Shown: positions 49,405 through 59,459, counted from the first letter of the stretch. The stretch is 64,000 nucleotides of DNA from an uncultured Collinsella sp. (GCA_959602875.1 CAUGVQ010000001.1:2378-66377), one strand, 5' to 3'. The notes: generated by a model from the sequence alone, not told the origin. Made by a program: numbers and translations.

Positions 49405-51339
49405 CTACTCCACCGTCACGCTCTTGGCGAGGTTGCGCGGTTGGTCCACGTCGCAGCCGCGCATGAGCGCGACTTCGCGGGCGAGAAGTTGCAGCGGCAC
49501 CGTTGCCGTGATGGCAGAAAACGCATCACGCACGGGCGGGATGTAGATGACATGGTCCGCTATCTGCTTGATGTCCTCGTCCCCTTCGGTCGCCACCACC
49601 ACGATCTTGGCGCCGCGCGCCTCGCACTCTTTAAGGTTGGAGACGGTCTTGTCGTACACGGGGCTCTTGATAGCGATGGCAATGACCGGGAACCCCGGGT
49701 CGATGAGGGCGATGGGCCCGTGCTTCATCTCGCCGGCGGCATACGCTTCGGCGTGCAGGTAGCTGATCTCTTTCAGCTTGAGGGCGCCCTCGTTGGCGAT
49801 GGCAGCGCCCATGCCGCGCCCCACAAAGAGCGCCGAATGCGCGTCCTTGCAGGCGAGCGCCGCCTTGTGAATCGCGTCCTTCTGCGTGTCGAGAATCCAC
49901 TGGATCTGCTCGGCCGTATCGCCCAGCTCGCGGAAGAGCATGCGCACCTGACCCACAGTAAGCCGGTACTTGACCTGCGCCAATAGCAGCGCCAGCAGCG
50001 TGAGCGACACCACCTGGCCAATGAAGCTCTTGGTGGAGGCGACCGCAATCTCTTTGTTGGCTTTGGTGTAGATGACGCCGTCGCTCTCGCGCGCCACGGG
50101 GCTGCCCACCACGTTGGTGATGCCAAAGACCTTGGCACCCTTGATGCGCGCGTCGCGGATGGCGGCGAGGGTGTCGGCCGTCTCGCCAGACTGGCTCACG
50201 GCGACAACCAGCGTGGAGGGGGTGATGATGGGATTGCGATAACGGAACTCGCTCGCCGCCTCGACCTCGCAGGGGATGCGCGCCCACATCTCGATCAGGT
50301 TTTTGGCGATAAGACCGGCGTGATAGCTCGTGCCGCACGCAATCACGTACACGCGGTCGATGAGGTTGAGCTCCTCGAGCGAAAGGCCGAGCTCGTCGAT
50401 GGTAAGCTCGCCGCCCGCCATGCGGCCCACGAGGGTGTCGCGCACCACGCGCGGCTGCTCGCAGATCTCCTTCAGCATGAAGTCGGGGTAGCCGCCCTTT
50501 TCTGCCATGTCGATGTCCCAGTCGATGTGCGTGACGGCGGGCTCGATGGGCGCGCCATCGGCGTCGGTGTAGGTGATGCCCTCGGGGGCGAGGCGCGCAA
50601 ACTGCCCGTCCTCCAGCACCACCACGTCGCGCGTTGCGTCGATGAGCGCAATCACGTCCGAGGCAACGTAGCTGCCGCGCGTGCCGCGACCGATAACGAT
50701 GGGGCTGTCCTTGCGGGCAACGGCGATCACACCGGGTTCGTCCGCGCACACAGCGGCAAGCCCGTAGGCGCCAACCACGTGCGTGCACGCCTCGCGCACG
50801 GCAGCCATGAGATCGCGGCAGCCCGGAGTAGCGGGCGCGCCGGTCGCCGTGTCCGCGGCCTGGTCTGCAGTCGCTCCCACTGCAGAGACTACGGCCGGGC
50901 CGGTAGCGCAACCGTAGTAGGCCTCCTCAATAAGGTGGGCAAAGACCTCGGTATCGGTATCGCTTGTAAAGGTGTGACCGCGTTGGACGAGCTCCTCGCG
51001 TAGCTCGGCAAAGTTCTCAATAATGCCGTTATGCACAATAGCGATTCGCCCATCGCAGCTCGTGTGCGGATGCGCGTTGGCGATGGTCGGCTGGCCGTGC
51101 GTGGCCCAGCGCGTGTGGCCAATGCCGCAGGTAGCGGCGGCATCCACACCGGCAAGCTCGGACTCAAGGCCCGCAACCTTGCCCACCCGGCGGATCACGT
51201 CGATGTGCGTGGCACCACCCGTAGCGTCCTCCAAGGCAACGCCCGCCGAGTCGTATCCGCGGTACTCAAGCCGCTTGAGGCCGTTGATAAGGATATCTTT
51301 TGCCAGCTCATCACCGGTGTAGCCCACGATGCCGCACAT
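49405..51339 (-). CDS. glmS: Glutamine-fructose-6-phosphate transaminase
   Basis: MCGIVG, LEYRGYDSAG, GHTRWATHG, SQSGETAD, DQPRNLAKSVTVE. Confidence 0.97.
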   Translation of the reverse strand: MCGIVGYTGDELAKDILINGLKRLEYRGYDSAGVALEDATGGATHIDVIRRVGKVAGLESELAGVDAAATCGIGHTRWATHGQPTIANAHPHTSCDGRIAIVHNGIIENFAELREELVQRGHTFTSDTDTEVFAHLIEEAYYGCATGPAVVSAVGATADQAADTATGAPATPGCRDLMAAVREACTHVVGAYGLAAVCADEPGVIAVARKDSPIVIGRGTRGSYVASDVIALIDATRDVVVLEDGQFARLAPEGITYTDADGAPIEPAVTHIDWDIDMAEKGGYPDFMLKEICEQPRVVRDTLVGRMAGGELTIDELGLSLEELNLIDRVYVIACGTSYHAGLIAKNLIEMWARIPCEVEAASEFRYRNPIITPSTLVVAVSQSGETADTLAAIRDARIKGAKVFGITNVVGSPVARESDGVIYTKANKEIAVASTKSFIGQVVSLTLLALLLAQVKYRLTVGQVRMLFRELGDTAEQIQWILDTQKDAIHKAALACKDAHSALFVGRGMGAAIANEGALKLKEISYLHAEAYAAGEMKHGPIALIDPGFPVIAIAIKSPVYDKTVSNLKECEARGAKIVVVATEGDEDIKQIADHVIYIPPVRDAFSAITATVPLQLLAREVALMRGCDVDQPRNLAKSVTVE

Positions 51340-51546
51340 AATCGCTCCCTCGCTTGCGCGCAGACAGATATGCGGACCATTCTAGGGGCAGCCCGGCACG
51401 CGCCTGCGCACAACCAGACTGGTAACAATAATCACATACCAGTTTGACACACGTGAAACATCGCGAGCCCGCCGGCGAGCGCCACGCGCCGCCTGCTGCC
51501 GGCACACCGCGGGACGCGCACCGCCAAAACGCTGCGCGCCTGTTGC

Positions 51547-51558
51547 TGAAACGCTTCA
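51547..51558 (+). promoter_or_regulatory. LacI-type operator upstream of the LacI gene
   Basis: TGAAACGCTTCA dyad just upstream of extended -10 TGCTATGCT. Confidence 0.6.
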
Positions 51559-51607
51559 ATTGTTGCTATGCTGAGGTCAGCTGACCACCCGCACGCAAGG
51601 AGATGCC

Positions 51608-52777
51608 ATGGCCAAGGTGAGAATCGTCGACGTCGCCCGCGAGGCCGGGGTCTCACTCGGCACGGTCTCCAACGCGCTCAACCACCCCGAGAAGGTGCGG
51701 CCGGACACGCGCCGCCTCATCCAAGAAGCAATCGACCGGCTCGGCTACACCCCCAACCAGAGCGCGCGCATGCTCGCGGGCGGACGCAACGCAACCATCG
51801 GCCTCGTGCTGCCGCGCCTCAACCACGGCCCCAGCCTGCAGATTGCCAACGGCGCGCACACCGAGGCGCGCCGCCGCGGCTTCGACCTGCTGATTGCCAA
51901 CGCGGACGGCGACTCTGCGCTCGAGAAGCACTACAACCGGTTTTTCATTGGCAGCCAGGTGTCGGGCGTGCTCATCAACCCGGTTGAGACCTCGCACTGG
52001 CACCCCTGCCCCACACTCCCCGTTCCCGTGGTCTACCTCGGCATTCACAGTGCGGAGCCGGGTCTCTACGTCACGGCCGACCATCGCGCGCAGGGGCGTA
52101 TTGTCGCTGCGCATCTGGTGGCGCAAGGCGCCCGGCGCGTGTGCATCATCGGCCACGCGGACAACCAGTCGATGCAACTGCGCCTTGAGGGCGCACTCAA
52201 CACGTTTGCCGCCACGCCCGATATTGAGGTCGAGGTGATTGACGCGGGCGAGGGCGGTGTCTCGGGCGATGGCTACACGCTGGGCGCCCAGCTCATGCGG
52301 CGCGACGAGGCCAGCCGCCCGGACGCGGTGCTGGGTCTGAGCGACGTGCTTGCCGCCGGCGCCATCGCAGGCGTGATGTCGCTTGGGCTCAACGTGCCGA
52401 ACGACGTGATGGTCGCTGGTTGCGGCGGCAACCCGCTTGCCTGGTGCGGGGCGGTGCCGCTCACCACGAGTGCGCCCACCGGCTACGAGGTCGGGCGCAA
52501 GGGCGTGCAGCTGCTGCTTGAGGCCATCGAGCAACAGCGGGCGGACGAGGAGGCGCGCGCACGGCTCGCACGCGGCGGCGCGGGCACCTGGCCTGCCCAA
52601 AGCGGGCGGTCGGCCGGGGCTCTCGCCCATGAACGCGCCGCAGAGCCCCTCACCCACTGGGAGCTCGTGCGCCCGTTTTTGCTCGCGCGCGAGAGCACGG
52701 GCGGCCACGCCGCCTCGATCGTGCCAGGCGCGCACACCGTGCCGATCCCCGAGCTCAACCTCGGCGTCTATCTGTAA
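51608..52777 (+). CDS. LacI-family regulator
   Basis: IVDVAREAGVSLGTVSNALN, LGYTPN. Confidence 0.92.
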   Translation: MAKVRIVDVAREAGVSLGTVSNALNHPEKVRPDTRRLIQEAIDRLGYTPNQSARMLAGGRNATIGLVLPRLNHGPSLQIANGAHTEARRRGFDLLIANADGDSALEKHYNRFFIGSQVSGVLINPVETSHWHPCPTLPVPVVYLGIHSAEPGLYVTADHRAQGRIVAAHLVAQGARRVCIIGHADNQSMQLRLEGALNTFAATPDIEVEVIDAGEGGVSGDGYTLGAQLMRRDEASRPDAVLGLSDVLAAGAIAGVMSLGLNVPNDVMVAGCGGNPLAWCGAVPLTTSAPTGYEVGRKGVQLLLEAIEQQRADEEARARLARGGAGTWPAQSGRSAGALAHERAAEPLTHWELVRPFLLARESTGGHAASIVPGAHTVPIPELNLGVYL

Positions 52778-52870
52778 CTTCGACACCTAAGGCGGCGAGC
52801 GTCGCCCCGTGAGCGCCAACAGCACACGCCTCGCGCTACGCAACGCAGCACGTCGCGATACCCCACTCGC

Positions 52871-54196
52871 CTAGATGTGGCCCTGCTCCTCGGGGTCAAA
52901 GTCCACGCCCTCGTCTGCGCTCGTCGCGTCAAACGACGCATCGAACGCGTCGTCGAGGTCGGTGCCGAGCGGGTCGATATCAATCTCGTGCAGCTCTTCT
53001 GCAAGCGAAGCTTCGTTGCGCGCGGCGCGCAGCCGGTCCGCCTGTGCAACCGACATAACGCGGGTGTTGGAGATAACGCCGTTTAGCATCACAAACGGCC
53101 GCTTAAAGGCAGAAAGCACCGCGCGCACAGCAACGGTAATGAGCCACACGCCGTAGACGCTCATAAGCACAATGGTGATGCCCTCGGCACCAATTGAGAC
53201 CTCGTCACCAAGTAGCATAAGCGGGCTCGAGGACGACGGAAAGAGCGTTGCCACCCACGTGGGCAGCAGCAAAAACGCCCAAAAGAGCAGGCCGTAGCGC
53301 ACCATGTACGACCACCAGCGCGCGCTCGAACCGTCCGGACGCACCACGCGCAGGCGCACGATCGCGTGGCCCACGGTCTGGCCGCGCGTGACGATGGGCA
53401 CGAGCATAAAGGTAATGCCGGTTGCCGCCATAAGGAGGCCGATGTGGCCGGGCGCGGTGTCGTCCGCCCCCGGGAAGGCAAACCGAAGCAGCGCGAGCAC
53501 AAGGGCGCAGACCACCATATCGATCACAAACGCCACAAGGCGGCGCGAGAACGAGGTGTGCGCGGCGCCGCGCTCGAGGGCGCGCTCCTCCACCTCGTCG
53601 ATACTCGGCAGGAAGTGGCAAAGCGGAATCGCCACAAGGGAGCCCAGCACGGTGCCCGTGGTGTTGGTGATAAGGTCGTCCACATCAAACAGGCGGTACG
53701 GATGCGCATACAGCCCAAAGAGACCCGTCACCTGCGAGATCTCAAAAAAGAGCGAGAGCCCAAAGCCCGCAAGCAGCGCCTGCCACCACGGCCGGTCAAA
53801 CAGGTAGCGCAGATACACGCCAAACGGCAGCGTGAGCAACACGTTAAAGAGCGTGGTGTAGACCGTCGGGTTCTTGAGGAAGGCGAGCCACGAAGCCGGC
53901 GAGGTAACGTCCAGCCGCGCAAGCGCCGGCGCCATGATGTCGAGCGCGTAGAAGGGGTTGAGCTGCGGGTGCGCGGCGTTGGCGTAAAACGCGGTACGGT
54001 CCGCCGGCAGCGGTAAGATCACCATAAAGTACGCGCAGATGAGGTAGAAGATGAGCGAAAAGACGAGAAACGTCTTCCAGACCGAGATGCTGCCAAAGCG
54101 GCGGTACTGGTAGATGGCGTAGGGCAGCGAGAGGACGGCAGCGATCAGCGGAAAGAGCAGCGCCGCCACCACAACGTTGTTGACATACGAGCTCAC
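52871..54196 (-). CDS. VanZ + RDD domain membrane protein
   Basis: NVLLTLPFGVY, FEISQ, FDVDDLITNT; RRLVAFVID, GQTVG. Confidence 0.85.
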   Translation of the reverse strand: MSSYVNNVVVAALLFPLIAAVLSLPYAIYQYRRFGSISVWKTFLVFSLIFYLICAYFMVILPLPADRTAFYANAAHPQLNPFYALDIMAPALARLDVTSPASWLAFLKNPTVYTTLFNVLLTLPFGVYLRYLFDRPWWQALLAGFGLSLFFEISQVTGLFGLYAHPYRLFDVDDLITNTTGTVLGSLVAIPLCHFLPSIDEVEERALERGAAHTSFSRRLVAFVIDMVVCALVLALLRFAFPGADDTAPGHIGLLMAATGITFMLVPIVTRGQTVGHAIVRLRVVRPDGSSARWWSYMVRYGLLFWAFLLLPTWVATLFPSSSSPLMLLGDEVSIGAEGITIVLMSVYGVWLITVAVRAVLSAFKRPFVMLNGVISNTRVMSVAQADRLRAARNEASLAEELHEIDIDPLGTDLDDAFDASFDATSADEGVDFDPEEQGHI

Positions 54197-54199
54197 CGG

Positions 54200-54856
54200 C
54201 TACGCCCTCGCAATCGCTGCCGGAAGATCGGCAAGGGTGCTGAGCACCTCGCGCGTCATGGCCTCAATCTGGGGCGTGGGGGCGATGATGTCGGGCACGA
54301 GGTAGACCTGCATGCCGGCAGCGTAACCTGCGCGGACGCCGTTGGGCGAGTCCTCAATCACGGCCGCGCGCGCCGGCTCGACGCCGAGCTTTTGGGCCGC
54401 CAGCAAGAAGATGTCCGGCGCCGGCTTACCGTTTTCAACCTCGGTACCGGCGGTAATGGCATCAAAGTAGTCGAGCATGCCGGCACGCGAGAGGTTGATC
54501 TCAATAATCTCGCGGCCCGAGGAGGACGCCACCGCAAGGCGGTAACCTTCCGCCTTAAGGGCGCGCAGCGCGTCGAGCGCACCGGGCTTGGCCTCGAGCT
54601 CCGTCTCGGCAAGCTCGCGACGCTTTTGCCAGTGCAGGTCAAACACGCGGCGGGCGAGGTCGGCGTCACCGATCGCGTCGGTCAGCATGGCGAGCACTGC
54701 CGGCTCGTTGTGGCCCACAAAGCTCACGGCAAGCTCGCGCGGCACATCGGCGCCGAGCTCCGCCGCGGCGAGGTCCCACCCCTTGAAGCCGAGCCGCTCG
54801 GTATCGACGAGCGTACCGTCCATATCAAAAATGATGGCGTCAAAAGCGCGTGCCAT
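54200..54856 (-). CDS. HAD-family phosphatase
   Basis: FDMDGTLVDTE, GKPAPDIF, IEDSPNG. Confidence 0.92.
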   Translation of the reverse strand: MARAFDAIIFDMDGTLVDTERLGFKGWDLAAAELGADVPRELAVSFVGHNEPAVLAMLTDAIGDADLARRVFDLHWQKRRELAETELEAKPGALDALRALKAEGYRLAVASSSGREIIEINLSRAGMLDYFDAITAGTEVENGKPAPDIFLLAAQKLGVEPARAAVIEDSPNGVRAGYAAGMQVYLVPDIIAPTPQIEAMTREVLSTLADLPAAIARA

Positions 54857-54997
54857 GGCAGATCCTTTCTCGCAAGCGCACGAGGCGCGAGCCCGTCTGA
54901 CTCAACGGCGGGCAACATGGGTATTGTGCCAGAATGGACGCGTGGGCGCGCCCCGCTCAACGCATCTGCGACACACCGTCATCTTCCGGAGGACCCC

Positions 54998-55906
54998 GTG
55001 ACCGATACACCTGCCGCCAAACTCGACGTATGTGCGGCCCCCTCTTGCCCCAGCTCGGGCGAGACCACTCGCAAGCTCGCCACGCTGGAGGCGTTGCTGC
55101 GCGACCTTGCCCGCGTGGCGCTCGGCTTCTCCGGCGGGGTGGACAGCACGTTTCTTGCCGCAGTGTGCGCGCGAGCCATTCCTCAAAAGGCCCTGCTCGT
55201 GCACCTCAACTCCCCCTTTGTGGGCACCCCCGAGCGCGCCTCGCACGACGAGCTCGCGCGCGCCTTCGGCCTGCCCGCCGTCTCCCTTGCGTTTGACCCC
55301 TTTGCGGACGAGGACATTGTTGCCAACGGGCCCGACCGCTGCTACCTCTGCAAACGCGCGGGCTTTACCCGCATTACGGAGGCCGCCCGCACGTGGGCTG
55401 CCGAGCAAGGTTTCGACCCAAACACCGTCTGCGTGCTCGATGGCAGCAACGCCGACGACGCGGCCGCGACCGACCGCCCCGGCATGCGCGCGCTCCGCGA
55501 GCTCGGCGTGCGCTCCCCTCTTATGGAGACCGGCTGGACCAAGGCCGAGGAGCGCGCGATGCTCCGAACCTGGGGTTATAGCGTCTGGAATCTGCCCGCA
55601 GGCGCCTGCCTCGCCACGCGTGTTGTCACCGGCGAGCACCTGACGCCGCAAAAAGTCGCGGCGGCGCGCACCTGCGAGGACTACCTCCACACCCTCGGCT
55701 GCACGCAAGTTCGTGCGCGCATCGCAGACGGCGAGCTCCATATCGAAGGCTCGCCCGAAGACCTCGCCCGAATCTGCACGCCGACGAGCGAACTCCAACT
55801 CAGCAGCAATGTCCTCGCCCAGCTCAACGCACTTGCGGAGGCAAACGGCATCGCCCGTGTCTCGCTCACAGCGAGCCCCTACCGCCGCGGCAGCATGAAT
55901 CGCTAA
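54998..55906 (+). CDS. larE: LarE-like PP-loop sulfur insertase
   Basis: FSGGVDS, DRCYLCK, DGSNADD, DRPGMRA, VRSPL, ACLATR. Confidence 0.82.
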   Translation: MTDTPAAKLDVCAAPSCPSSGETTRKLATLEALLRDLARVALGFSGGVDSTFLAAVCARAIPQKALLVHLNSPFVGTPERASHDELARAFGLPAVSLAFDPFADEDIVANGPDRCYLCKRAGFTRITEAARTWAAEQGFDPNTVCVLDGSNADDAAATDRPGMRALRELGVRSPLMETGWTKAEERAMLRTWGYSVWNLPAGACLATRVVTGEHLTPQKVAAARTCEDYLHTLGCTQVRARIADGELHIEGSPEDLARICTPTSELQLSSNVLAQLNALAEANGIARVSLTASPYRRGSMNR

Positions 55907-55920
55907 CCCAGATAAAGGTG

Positions 55921-55993
55921 ATCGGTATCACGAACATAGCTTCGGTATCAACATGTGCCACCATGATACCGAAGCTATGTTCGTGATACCGAT
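55921..55993. repeat. Perfect 30-bp inverted repeat built of TCGGTATCA units
   Basis: ATCGGTATCACGAACATAGCTTCGGTATCA-N13-reverse complement. Confidence 0.9.
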
Positions 55994-56000
55994 GTAAAGC

Positions 56001-56034
56001 GGCGCCTCTGGACGAGTTGCTATCCAGAGGCGCC
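56001..56034. terminator. Hairpin between convergent larE and EF-G-like genes
   Basis: GGCGCCTCTGGA/TCCAGAGGCGCC. Confidence 0.55.
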
Positions 56035-56111
56035 AACTGCGTAGACATCCGCTCGGATGGTAGTTGCCGTGCCCTTTCATCATCCAATGTGTCTAGTGCG
56101 AGCTCATTTCG

Positions 56112-58181
56112 TTACTTGTTACCAGCGGCGCGAGCCTCCTGGTACTCCTTCACCAAGCGCTCCTGTACGTCGTGCGGAACCTGCTCGTAGCCAGCCGGCT
56201 CCATGGTGAAGTCACCCGTGCCGCGCGTGAGCGAGCGCAGGCGCGTGGCGTAGTCGGTGAGCTCGGCGTAAGGCACGGTTGCCGTAACCACGGTGTCGCC
56301 GCGGTCATTGGTATCCATACCGGTCACGCGACCGCGCGAGGCCGAGACATCGCCCATCACGGCGCCGGCGTAGCTCTCGGGAATCGTGACGGTGATGTTC
56401 TCCATAGGCTCGAGCACCACAGGGCTCGCCTCGGCGCAAGCCTTCTGCAGGCCAATGCGCGCCGCCGTGCGGAACGCCATCTCGTTGGAGTCGACGGGGT
56501 GATACGAGCCGTCGTACACCGCCACGCGAATGCCCGTGAGCGGGAAGCCGGCAATGACACCGCCCTTCATGGTCTCCTGAACGCCCTTGTCAACCGCGGG
56601 GATGAGCGCGCGCGGGATGTGACCGCCCACGACCTCGTCCACAAACTCGTAGTCGCGACCGTCCATAAGCGGCTCAACGCGCAGGTAGCAATCGCCAAAC
56701 TGGCCGGCGCCGCCGGTCTGTTTCTTGTGGCGACCCTGAGCACTCGCCACGCGACGAATGGTCTCGCGATACGGAATCTTGATGGGCACGCTCTTGGCCA
56801 CAACCTTGGTGCGCTCCTCCAGGCGATTGAGCAGCACGCTTACCTGCGCCTCGCCAACCGCAGAGATGATGGTCTGGCCTGTCTCCTCGTCGCGCTCGAT
56901 CTTCATCGTGGGGTCGGCCTCACAGGCGCGCTCGACAAAGGTGTAGAGCTTCTCCTCGTCGCCGCGGTTCTCCGCCTCGATGGCGATGCGGTACTGGCTG
57001 TTGGGGAACTGGAACGCAGCGGCCTCAACCTTGCCGGTGACCGAAAGCGTGTCACCCGTGTCGGCGGCAATCTTGGTGGTGACAATGATGTCGCCCGCCT
57101 CAGCCTTGCCAACCTCGGTCATCTCGCGCCCGCACATCACGTAGAGGTGCGCCAGGCGCTCACCCTTGCGCGTGCGCGCGTTCACGAGCTCCACGCCCGG
57201 GGTGAGGGTGCCCGTGAGGACCTTGAGGAAGGAGATGCGGCCCTGCTGCGGGTCGTTCAGCGTCTTGAAGACAAAGGCCACCGGGCGCTCGTCGTCGGAG
57301 CTAATCTTGAGCGTGTCGCCATCAACAAGCGGCATCTCGCCGTAGTCGGTCGGCGCGGGGAAGTAGGTGACGATGTCGTCCATAACGGAGTGAACGCCGA
57401 GCTCCTTGGTGCAGGAGCCCACAAACACAGGCACGAAGAGACGGTTGGCGATGGCCTTACCGAGCAGCCCCTCGACCTCTTCCTGCGTGAGCGGCTCGCC
57501 CTCGAGGTACTTCTCCATCAGTTCGTCGTCCGCCTCGGCCACGAGCTCGCAGAGCGTCTCGCGCGCCGCGTCGGCAGCCGCCTGATACTCAGCAGGGATG
57601 TCGAACTCGGTCTGCGTGGTGCCCTCACAGTGGCGGGCCTTCATGCGGACGATGTCGATAACGCCCTCAAAGTCCTCGCCCGTGCCCCACGGCAGCGTGA
57701 CGGCGCCCAGGCGCATGCCAAAGCGCTCGCGGAGAGTCGCCATGGTGGCGTCGTAATCGGCGTTCTCTTTGTCGATGCGGTTGATAAAGACGGCGCGCGC
57801 CAAGCGCAGGTCCTCGGCCGCATACCAGAGCTTGACCGTTGTGGGCTGCGGGCCCTCGGCGGCATCGACTACAAAGAGCGCCGTCTCAGAAACGGCCATG
57901 GCGGCGTACGCGTCACCGATGAAATCGGGGTAGCAGGGGGCGTCGAGGACGTTTAAGCGCGCGCCCTTCCAATCGATGGGGGCAATGGAGGTCGAGATGG
58001 AAACTCCGCGCTTGACCTCCTCGGAATCATAATCGAGCGTGGGCTTGGTGCCCGCGTGCCCGCCCAAGCGGGCGGTTTTGCCTGAAAGGTGCAGCATCGC
58101 TTCTGCCAGGGAGGTCTTTCCTACTCCTCCCTGGCCAACCAAGACGACGTTCCTCACTTTGGCGGTCTCGGGCGCACCCAT
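56112..58181 (-). CDS. fusA: Elongation factor G paralogue (EF-G2-like)
   Basis: GQGGVGKT, RGVSI, DAPCYPDF, NRID, YRETI, KKQTGGAGQFG, DGSYHPVDS; stand-alone, not in an rpsL-rpsG-tuf operon. Confidence 0.85.
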   Translation of the reverse strand: MGAPETAKVRNVVLVGQGGVGKTSLAEAMLHLSGKTARLGGHAGTKPTLDYDSEEVKRGVSISTSIAPIDWKGARLNVLDAPCYPDFIGDAYAAMAVSETALFVVDAAEGPQPTTVKLWYAAEDLRLARAVFINRIDKENADYDATMATLRERFGMRLGAVTLPWGTGEDFEGVIDIVRMKARHCEGTTQTEFDIPAEYQAAADAARETLCELVAEADDELMEKYLEGEPLTQEEVEGLLGKAIANRLFVPVFVGSCTKELGVHSVMDDIVTYFPAPTDYGEMPLVDGDTLKISSDDERPVAFVFKTLNDPQQGRISFLKVLTGTLTPGVELVNARTRKGERLAHLYVMCGREMTEVGKAEAGDIIVTTKIAADTGDTLSVTGKVEAAAFQFPNSQYRIAIEAENRGDEEKLYTFVERACEADPTMKIERDEETGQTIISAVGEAQVSVLLNRLEERTKVVAKSVPIKIPYRETIRRVASAQGRHKKQTGGAGQFGDCYLRVEPLMDGRDYEFVDEVVGGHIPRALIPAVDKGVQETMKGGVIAGFPLTGIRVAVYDGSYHPVDSNEMAFRTAARIGLQKACAEASPVVLEPMENITVTIPESYAGAVMGDVSASRGRVTGMDTNDRGDTVVTATVPYAELTDYATRLRSLTRGTGDFTMEPAGYEQVPHDVQERLVKEYQEARAAGNK

Positions 58182-58755
58182 GGCAACCTCCTTCGGTTGG
58201 GCGCACGGCGCGATTGCCAAAGGTGGGAGCGCTTTTGGGATGCGGTCCGGTTATCGGGTCCGCGCGCCGTGCGCGCACGAACACATACGTTACCGTTGAC
58301 CCTACCCCGCGCGGGCGCCCCTCATGCCCGCGTTTCGCCGAGCGCGGCAGGTGCGCCCGGTGAGCGGGGCGGCTCACACCCCTCCCGCCTTGCATGGCCT
58401 TCATTTGTGCAAAGAGACGATTATCGCTAGAATGCACAACAACAGAGGCGGGGGTAGCCACCGCAAGGTCGACGTAAAGCCCCCGTCCACCTTCCCAGCC
58501 CCTACTCCTATCAACAACTTCATCAGCATAGAGAACGAGCAATAGACCGATGCTGGCTGCGTCATATGCAATGCAAGTCACACTTCCAGTCTATTCTGCG
58601 CTCACATCACCAAGGAAGGCCCGCTCTTTGGGGTCACAATCTGTGACCCCAAAGACATAGCCAGCAAAGCCACAGAGAGAAGCTGGCTGCAAGATCAACT
58701 CCAAGCGCCCCAATCTAGTTTAAGCACGCCGTTGCAATGCCAAAATCAAGAGGAC

Positions 58756-58940
58756 TGGTCATTGAAGCGCTTAGAATAATGATTTACGCGCTGAAAATGA
58801 GCCGCCTAGCGCCCGCTCAGCGCTGACAGCGCCGCTCAGCCAATCTTTTCCTGCGGAAATGCCGGTGACCGTGAGCTCGCGAGCGCCAAACATCCCCACT
58901 TCTAGATGGTCGTTTATTATTCTACCGGGGTCTCTGACCA
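58756..58940. repeat. MITE-like element, degenerate copy 3
   Basis: Right arm GGTCGTTTATTATTCTACCGGGGTCTCTGACCA; left arm TGGTCAttGAagCgCttAGAATAAT with identical spacing. Confidence 0.6.
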
Positions 58941-59166
58941 CAACGGCGTCAACTGACTCACAGACATGTGCGCCCATCAAATCAATCAACACTGCGCATC
59001 CAGCACGCAAGAGAATAGGGGCGCTTACGCCAGAAACTAGCTTCGATATCGCATTCCCTAGACGCTAGGCCCGATATGAGGGAATCAACCAAAGCCCAAG
59101 CTAGGTAGGGAGGCATTCCGCTGGAAACAGATTCGACGCCCAATCTCTATCGCAGGTAAAACCCCA

Positions 59167-59253
59167 AATTGCATATTTTCCCCGCGAAAAAGACTACCTT
59201 GTTGCAACTTTTCCCCGCGAATCTAATGGCCCTGTTGCAACTTTTCCCATGAA
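59167..59253. repeat. Three 33-bp-period tandem repeats
   Basis: TTGCA(ac/ta)TTTTCCC(cgc)GAA units at 59169, 59202, 59235. Confidence 0.75.
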
Positions 59254-59459
59254 CACGAGGCATGGCGTGCTTCTTACCCCCAAAGATATCTTGGGGATAA
59301 GGTGGGATATCTTTCTGAAGAACTGCCCTACCCTTTCGATCGCTAATCAGAGTGTCGCCTATGTCAAATCATAAAACGCACGACCCGCGAATTTCCGCTT
59401 CCGGCCAACCAAAGAAAAGAACGAGTTTTTGAGATGCCAGGATTAAACCTCAAGGAATG

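Noticed and set aside
51340..51470. Possible glmS ribozyme upstream of glmS
   Set aside because: No AGCGCC-type ribozyme core found; only an ACTGGTA/TACCAGT dyad of unknown role.
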